64,000 nt of DNA from Sedimentisphaerales bacterium (lineage in GTDB: Bacteria; Planctomycetota; Phycisphaerae; Sedimentisphaerales; SM23-30). The notes under the pieces are model-generated. The model worked only from the letters and a program-made list of their open reading frames with translations, did no database searches and was not told the origin of the DNA. The position numbers and the translations under genes are program-made. Position 1 is the first letter of the stretch, and each line of letters starts with the position of its first letter. The stretch is taken from assembly GCA_963663965.2 (NCBI GenBank), contig CAXXFK010000010.1, positions 64,001 to 128,000 of the forward strand, read 5' to 3'. Shown piece by piece: positions 60,508 to 64,000 of the stretch.

Positions 60508-61071
60508 TTACTCAAGTCCCTCCTCTGCCAGTTTCCGGCGGATGCAATGCAGCAGACCATCCTGAATCCGTGCCACCGCCTTATATAAGGTAAACAACTT
60601 CATCCCCACCCGTTCGGACAAGCGCTTCACCGTCATGCCCGGTTGATAGCGCATCATAATCAAACGACGCTGCCGGTCCGGGAGTTTCCGGATACAGGCT
60701 TCCAATGCCATCATTCTCGCATCCGACGTCGACTCTCTTTCTTGCGCTTCAAGTTCTACCAATCGCAGCAATTCGTCATTGAAGACTACGGTATTCCCCC
60801 GTTGACTCTGTTTCTTGCGATAATTCAATATCTGATACCGCGCGATCTGGATTCCCCATGCCACAAAATCCGTTCCCGTCTCAAAATCGCCAAATTTTTT
60901 CCACATCACGCGGGTCGTTTCCTGAAACAAATCGTCCGCATCGTTCCACAACGGTACCAGTTTGATAATATATCTGAAAATTCGCGACTGATTCGCCATC
61001 AGTAATTGAAAAAAGCGATCTGCCGCCTGCGAGTCTTGTATAGAGAAATTATTTCCGGTCTTCTCTTCCAT
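60508..61071 (-). CDS. ECF sigma-70 factor (Rhodopirellula/Verrucomicrobium-type)
   Basis: DADDLFQET..VMWKKF..F..GTDFVAW...IAR; L..CI.KL; adjacent to FecR. Start MEEKT chosen (ORF track 61113). Confidence 0.9.
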   Translation of the reverse strand: MEEKTGNNFSIQDSQAADRFFQLLMANQSRIFRYIIKLVPLWNDADDLFQETTRVMWKKFGDFETGTDFVAWGIQIARYQILNYRKKQSQRGNTVVFNDELLRLVELEAQERESTSDARMMALEACIRKLPDRQRRLIMMRYQPGMTVKRLSERVGMKLFTLYKAVARIQDGLLHCIRRKLAEEGLE

Positions 61072-61267
61072 CGTATTAGATTCATCAGATTGTGGTTTGC
61101 CAATCATTTGCAAGTGACTTAATATTTCTTACCCAATACTTCTTACCCACTGAAATTTTGGACAGGATATTTCAAATAATTTTCCACAATACCCTCCATC
61201 CATCATTCTCTACTTTAACTGTCTATTTACCAATTGGTTACAAAATACTGCTTTTTTATATTTTTTC

Positions 61268-61303
61268 TTGCATTCTACTCATCATTTGGTTATTTTACCA
61301 AAT
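61268..61303 (+). promoter_or_regulatory. Sigma70 promoter overlapped by an ArsR-type operator
   Basis: TTGCAT-N17-TATTTT; inverted repeat ATTTGGT-N6-ACCAAAT (61284-61303) upstream of arsR. Confidence 0.65.
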
Positions 61304-61324
61304 ATACAATTATATGGAGAAAAT

Positions 61325-61648
61325 ATGCACAACGATGATATGGCCCTTATCGAAGCAAAAGCGAAAATCCTCAAAGCCCTCGGCCACCCCACCCGGCTCT
61401 GGATGGTTGAACAACTGGCTGATTCCGAAAAATGTGTCTGCGAATTCACCAACCGAATTGATGTCGATTTTTCGACGGTTTCCAAACACCTGACCGTTCT
61501 GAAACAGGCCGGGATTGTCGAAGATCGTAAACAGGGCAAACAGGTCTTCTACCGCCTGAAAGTGCCCTGTGTACTGAAATTTATGGATTGCGTCGAACTC
61601 GTTCTGCGTAAACAGATCGAATCGCAAGCGGCCCTGTTAGAACGCTAA
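61325..61648 (+). CDS. ArsR/SmtB family metalloregulator
   Basis: KALGHPTRL, EKCVCE, STVSKHL.VLKQAG; GGAG RBS before ATG 61325. Confidence 0.93.
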   Translation: MHNDDMALIEAKAKILKALGHPTRLWMVEQLADSEKCVCEFTNRIDVDFSTVSKHLTVLKQAGIVEDRKQGKQVFYRLKVPCVLKFMDCVELVLRKQIESQAALLER

Positions 61649-61664
61649 TGATAAAGAATAAATT

Positions 61665-63002
61665 ATGAATAACTGGAAACAAGAATGGAAACCCCTGGCC
61701 CTGATCGCCATCGTTTTCCTCATCTGCTTTTTTATGCCCATTGGCATCCCCCGGTTCGATAATGCCCTGGCTGAAGCCCTCCACTTAGTCAAATGGTACG
61801 CGCGCGAACATGTGCTGCTTTGCCTGGTCCCCGCCTTTTTCATTGCCGGCGCCATCGCTGTTTTCGTCAGCCAGGCGTCCGTTATGAAATACCTCGGCGC
61901 CCAGGCCAATAAAGTGCTGGCCTATGGCGTTGCGGCCATCTCCGGCACCATCCTGGCAGTCTGTTCCTGCACCGTATTACCCCTCTTTGCCGGGATTTAT
62001 CGTATGGGCGCAGGTCTCGGACCCGCCACTGCCTTTCTTTATTCAGGACCCGCGATCAATGTCCTGGCCATTATCCTCACCGCCCGCATTCTCGGCCTGC
62101 AACTGGGCATTGCCCGCGCCATCGGAGCCGTCTGTTTCAGTGTGATCATCGGCCTGCTTATGCAAATTATCTTCCGCAAAGAAGAGGCACAGAAAGCCGC
62201 CGTGCAGCCCGTCATGCCCGACATCGAACCCAAACGCGCCCTCTGGCAAAACGCCCTCTACTTTGCCTGTATGGTCGGCATCCTCGTTTTTGCCAACTGG
62301 GCCCGCAGCGGCGACAGCCGCGCGATTTTTCTTTGCTGCCCCGGCGGTTTGCAAACCTTTTCCATCGAAGGCGCCGTCGCCGAAGAAACGCCCGAACATC
62401 TGCGTATCGTCGATCGTGCCGGCGCCGAACACACCATCGACCGCGAACTCGTCCAGGATGTCGAACAGATCGACAGCAACTCTGTTTTCAATCGTATTCA
62501 CCAGATCCGCTGGGGTCTCACCCTGAGTTTACTGATTGTCTTTCTGGTCATCCTTAAATTCTGGTTTGATCGACACGAACTATCCGAGTGGATCGATTCC
62601 TCCTGGAGCTACGCAAAACTAATCCTGCCGCTGCTGCTCTTTGGCGTACTGATTGCCGGGTTTTTACTCGGTCGACCCGGCCACGAAGGCATCATTCCAT
62701 CCATCTGGGTTGAAAAGGCCCTGGGTGGCAATTCCCTCCGGGCCAACCTCTTCGCCTCTGTCGCCGGCGCGTTCATGTACTTCGCCACCCTGACCGAAGT
62801 TCCCATTGTTCAGGGACTCATGACCGCCGGCATGGGCAAAGGTCCTGCCCTGGCGCTCCTGCTTTCGGGCCCGGCGCTCAGCCTGCCCAATATGCTCGTC
62901 ATCCGCGGCGTCCTGGGCACAAAAAAAACCATCGTCTTTGTCTGTCTCGTTATCGTCATGGCCGCCATCAGCGGCCTGATTTACGGAGCCATCTTCAGCT
63001 GA
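61665..63002 (+). CDS. DUF318 / ArsP-type permease
   Basis: CLVPAFFIAG, AVCSCTVLP, FLYSGPAIN, MYFATLTEVPI, GPALSLP; many TMs. Confidence 0.88.
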   Translation: MNNWKQEWKPLALIAIVFLICFFMPIGIPRFDNALAEALHLVKWYAREHVLLCLVPAFFIAGAIAVFVSQASVMKYLGAQANKVLAYGVAAISGTILAVCSCTVLPLFAGIYRMGAGLGPATAFLYSGPAINVLAIILTARILGLQLGIARAIGAVCFSVIIGLLMQIIFRKEEAQKAAVQPVMPDIEPKRALWQNALYFACMVGILVFANWARSGDSRAIFLCCPGGLQTFSIEGAVAEETPEHLRIVDRAGAEHTIDRELVQDVEQIDSNSVFNRIHQIRWGLTLSLLIVFLVILKFWFDRHELSEWIDSSWSYAKLILPLLLFGVLIAGFLLGRPGHEGIIPSIWVEKALGGNSLRANLFASVAGAFMYFATLTEVPIVQGLMTAGMGKGPALALLLSGPALSLPNMLVIRGVLGTKKTIVFVCLVIVMAAISGLIYGAIFS

Positions 63003-63028
63003 TCAGTTTGTTCTTTGACAACTTAATA

Positions 63029-63388
63029 TTATCCCGGATGCCCTTGCAGCATGGAATTTTCAATATAAGCATCCAGAAAATCATCTTGAACTTCAACCAT
63101 CTCACCATTTTCTTGATAACAGGATTCCAATCCGGAAACCAGGGTTTGATACCCGGATCGCAGTGATTCCGGGATCTCTTCCAAATCGACCAGCCGTAAA
63201 AGTAACAGATGCGTGGGCAGTTTCAGTTTGTCTCCGATCATCTCAAAATGTTTCAACGAAAACTGTCGCTCACCCGACATGACTTTACTGACATACGATT
63301 CAGAAATTTCCATCAGTTCCGCCACCTGCTTTTGACTGCGGCCCTGGGTTTGCAGAAACCGAACTAACTTGACAGATGTATTTTCCAT
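63029..63388 (-). CDS. XRE-family HTH protein
   Basis: SQKQVAELMEISESYVSKVMSGER HTH; AGAGGGG RBS. Confidence 0.78.
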   Translation of the reverse strand: MENTSVKLVRFLQTQGRSQKQVAELMEISESYVSKVMSGERQFSLKHFEMIGDKLKLPTHLLLLRLVDLEEIPESLRSGYQTLVSGLESCYQENGEMVEVQDDFLDAYIENSMLQGHPG

Positions 63389-63411
63389 AAGAGATTTCCC
63401 CTCTTAATGCA

Positions 63412-63660
63412 TTATTGATGATAATATAATTCCAGTACTATTTGAGTCAAACACGCTAATTGTCTTTTGGCGATTTCTTTTTTCTGCTCCATAATGGCAT
63501 CATAAACCTGGACAAGAACCATATCGAATTTCTTCACTAAAATATATTCCCGTATACTGAAATTACGGTCATCCTGAATTCTATTTTTGAAATCACAAAT
63601 CCAACTGACAAATTCAGATAGTTCTTTTTTTCTGGTTTTCCAGTATTCGGTTTTATCCAT
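63412..63660 (-). CDS. Small hypothetical protein
   Basis: AT-rich ORF of about 82 aa, directly upstream of the XRE gene and downstream of a consensus promoter. Confidence 0.5.
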   Translation of the reverse strand: MDKTEYWKTRKKELSEFVSWICDFKNRIQDDRNFSIREYILVKKFDMVLVQVYDAIMEQKKEIAKRQLACLTQIVLELYYHQ

Positions 63661-63738
63661 GACCACATTTCCACCTGCATTAAAACCAATAAACTAAAAC
63701 AGAGTTATTATGTCGCTTCCAAATTCTAACTAATAGAT

Positions 63739-63767
63739 ATGATAACACAAAATTGACTATTTGTCAA
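63739..63767 (-). promoter_or_regulatory. Consensus sigma70 promoter for the two-gene insert
   Basis: TTGACA-N17-TATCAT; the -35 lies within the dyad TTGAC-N5-GTCAA (63753-63767). Confidence 0.65.
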
Positions 63768-63851
63768 CTTTCTCTATACCTTAACCCCAACTAATTGCCC
63801 TGATCAATATAATTCATTTTATAATAATAAATTACAATAACGGAGATTATT

Positions 63852-64000
63852 ATGAAAATACAAATCCTCGGTACCGGATGTCCCAAATGCAACCAGCTGG
63901 CCCAGGCTGCCGAAAGCGCCGCCCGTGAACTGGGTCTGGAATATGAACTGGTCAAAATAAAAGATCTGAATGACATTATGGCCATGGGCGTCATGATGAC
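63852..64000 (+). CDS. Small redox-active disulfide protein (MTH895/TM0996 thioredoxin-like), truncated by the window end
   Basis: Hand translation MKIQILGTGCPKCNQLAQAAESAARELGLEYELVKIKDLNDIMAMGVMM; GGAG RBS. Not in the ORF track. Confidence 0.88.
   Translation, partial: MKIQILGTGCPKCNQLAQAAESAARELGLEYELVKIKDLNDIMAMGVMM

Overview
Bacterial chromosomal window, most likely from a planctomycete of class Phycisphaerae (Sedimentisphaerales-like). This is inferred from lineage-typical proteins: an H-X9-DG pilin-like domain, an excisionase-HTH response regulator, PEP-CTERM proteins, an ECF/FecR pair and dockerin-like WL tails. In order, the window holds: the start of a type II secretion operon (gspF-G-H-I-J, minus strand); apt; two secreted GLUG-repeat proteins; a 2.2 kb repeat hotspot (12.3-14.5 kb); a YtrA-type GntR/ABC operon; a housekeeping block (tpiA, secG, yicC, gmk, rpoZ, split coaC/coaB, ruvC, cysS, ispF, fba, rodA, mnmE, yidC); two PEP-CTERM genes; a ZAS-type ECF/anti-sigma pair; about 6.5 kb (43.9-50.4 kb) where five consecutive genes are frameshifted, probably an assembly artefact; an ECF-FecR glycan locus with a GH128 enzyme; and an ArsR-permease-thioredoxin operon interrupted by a two-gene insert. 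I found no rRNA, tRNA, CRISPR array or transposase. The best candidates for undescribed biology are non-coding: (1) tandem ~80-nt structured RNAs with covarying stems, AGGAGG loops and terminator-like ends directly 3' of the response regulator (33202-33410); (2) four 57-bp elements with invariant spacing TAAG-N18-TTAT-N17-TTGGGTTCGTTTGG (12487-13389); (3) 13-18 bp palindromic micro-insertions, one with a clean target-site duplication, nested in other repeats. All calls were made by eye, without database searches.
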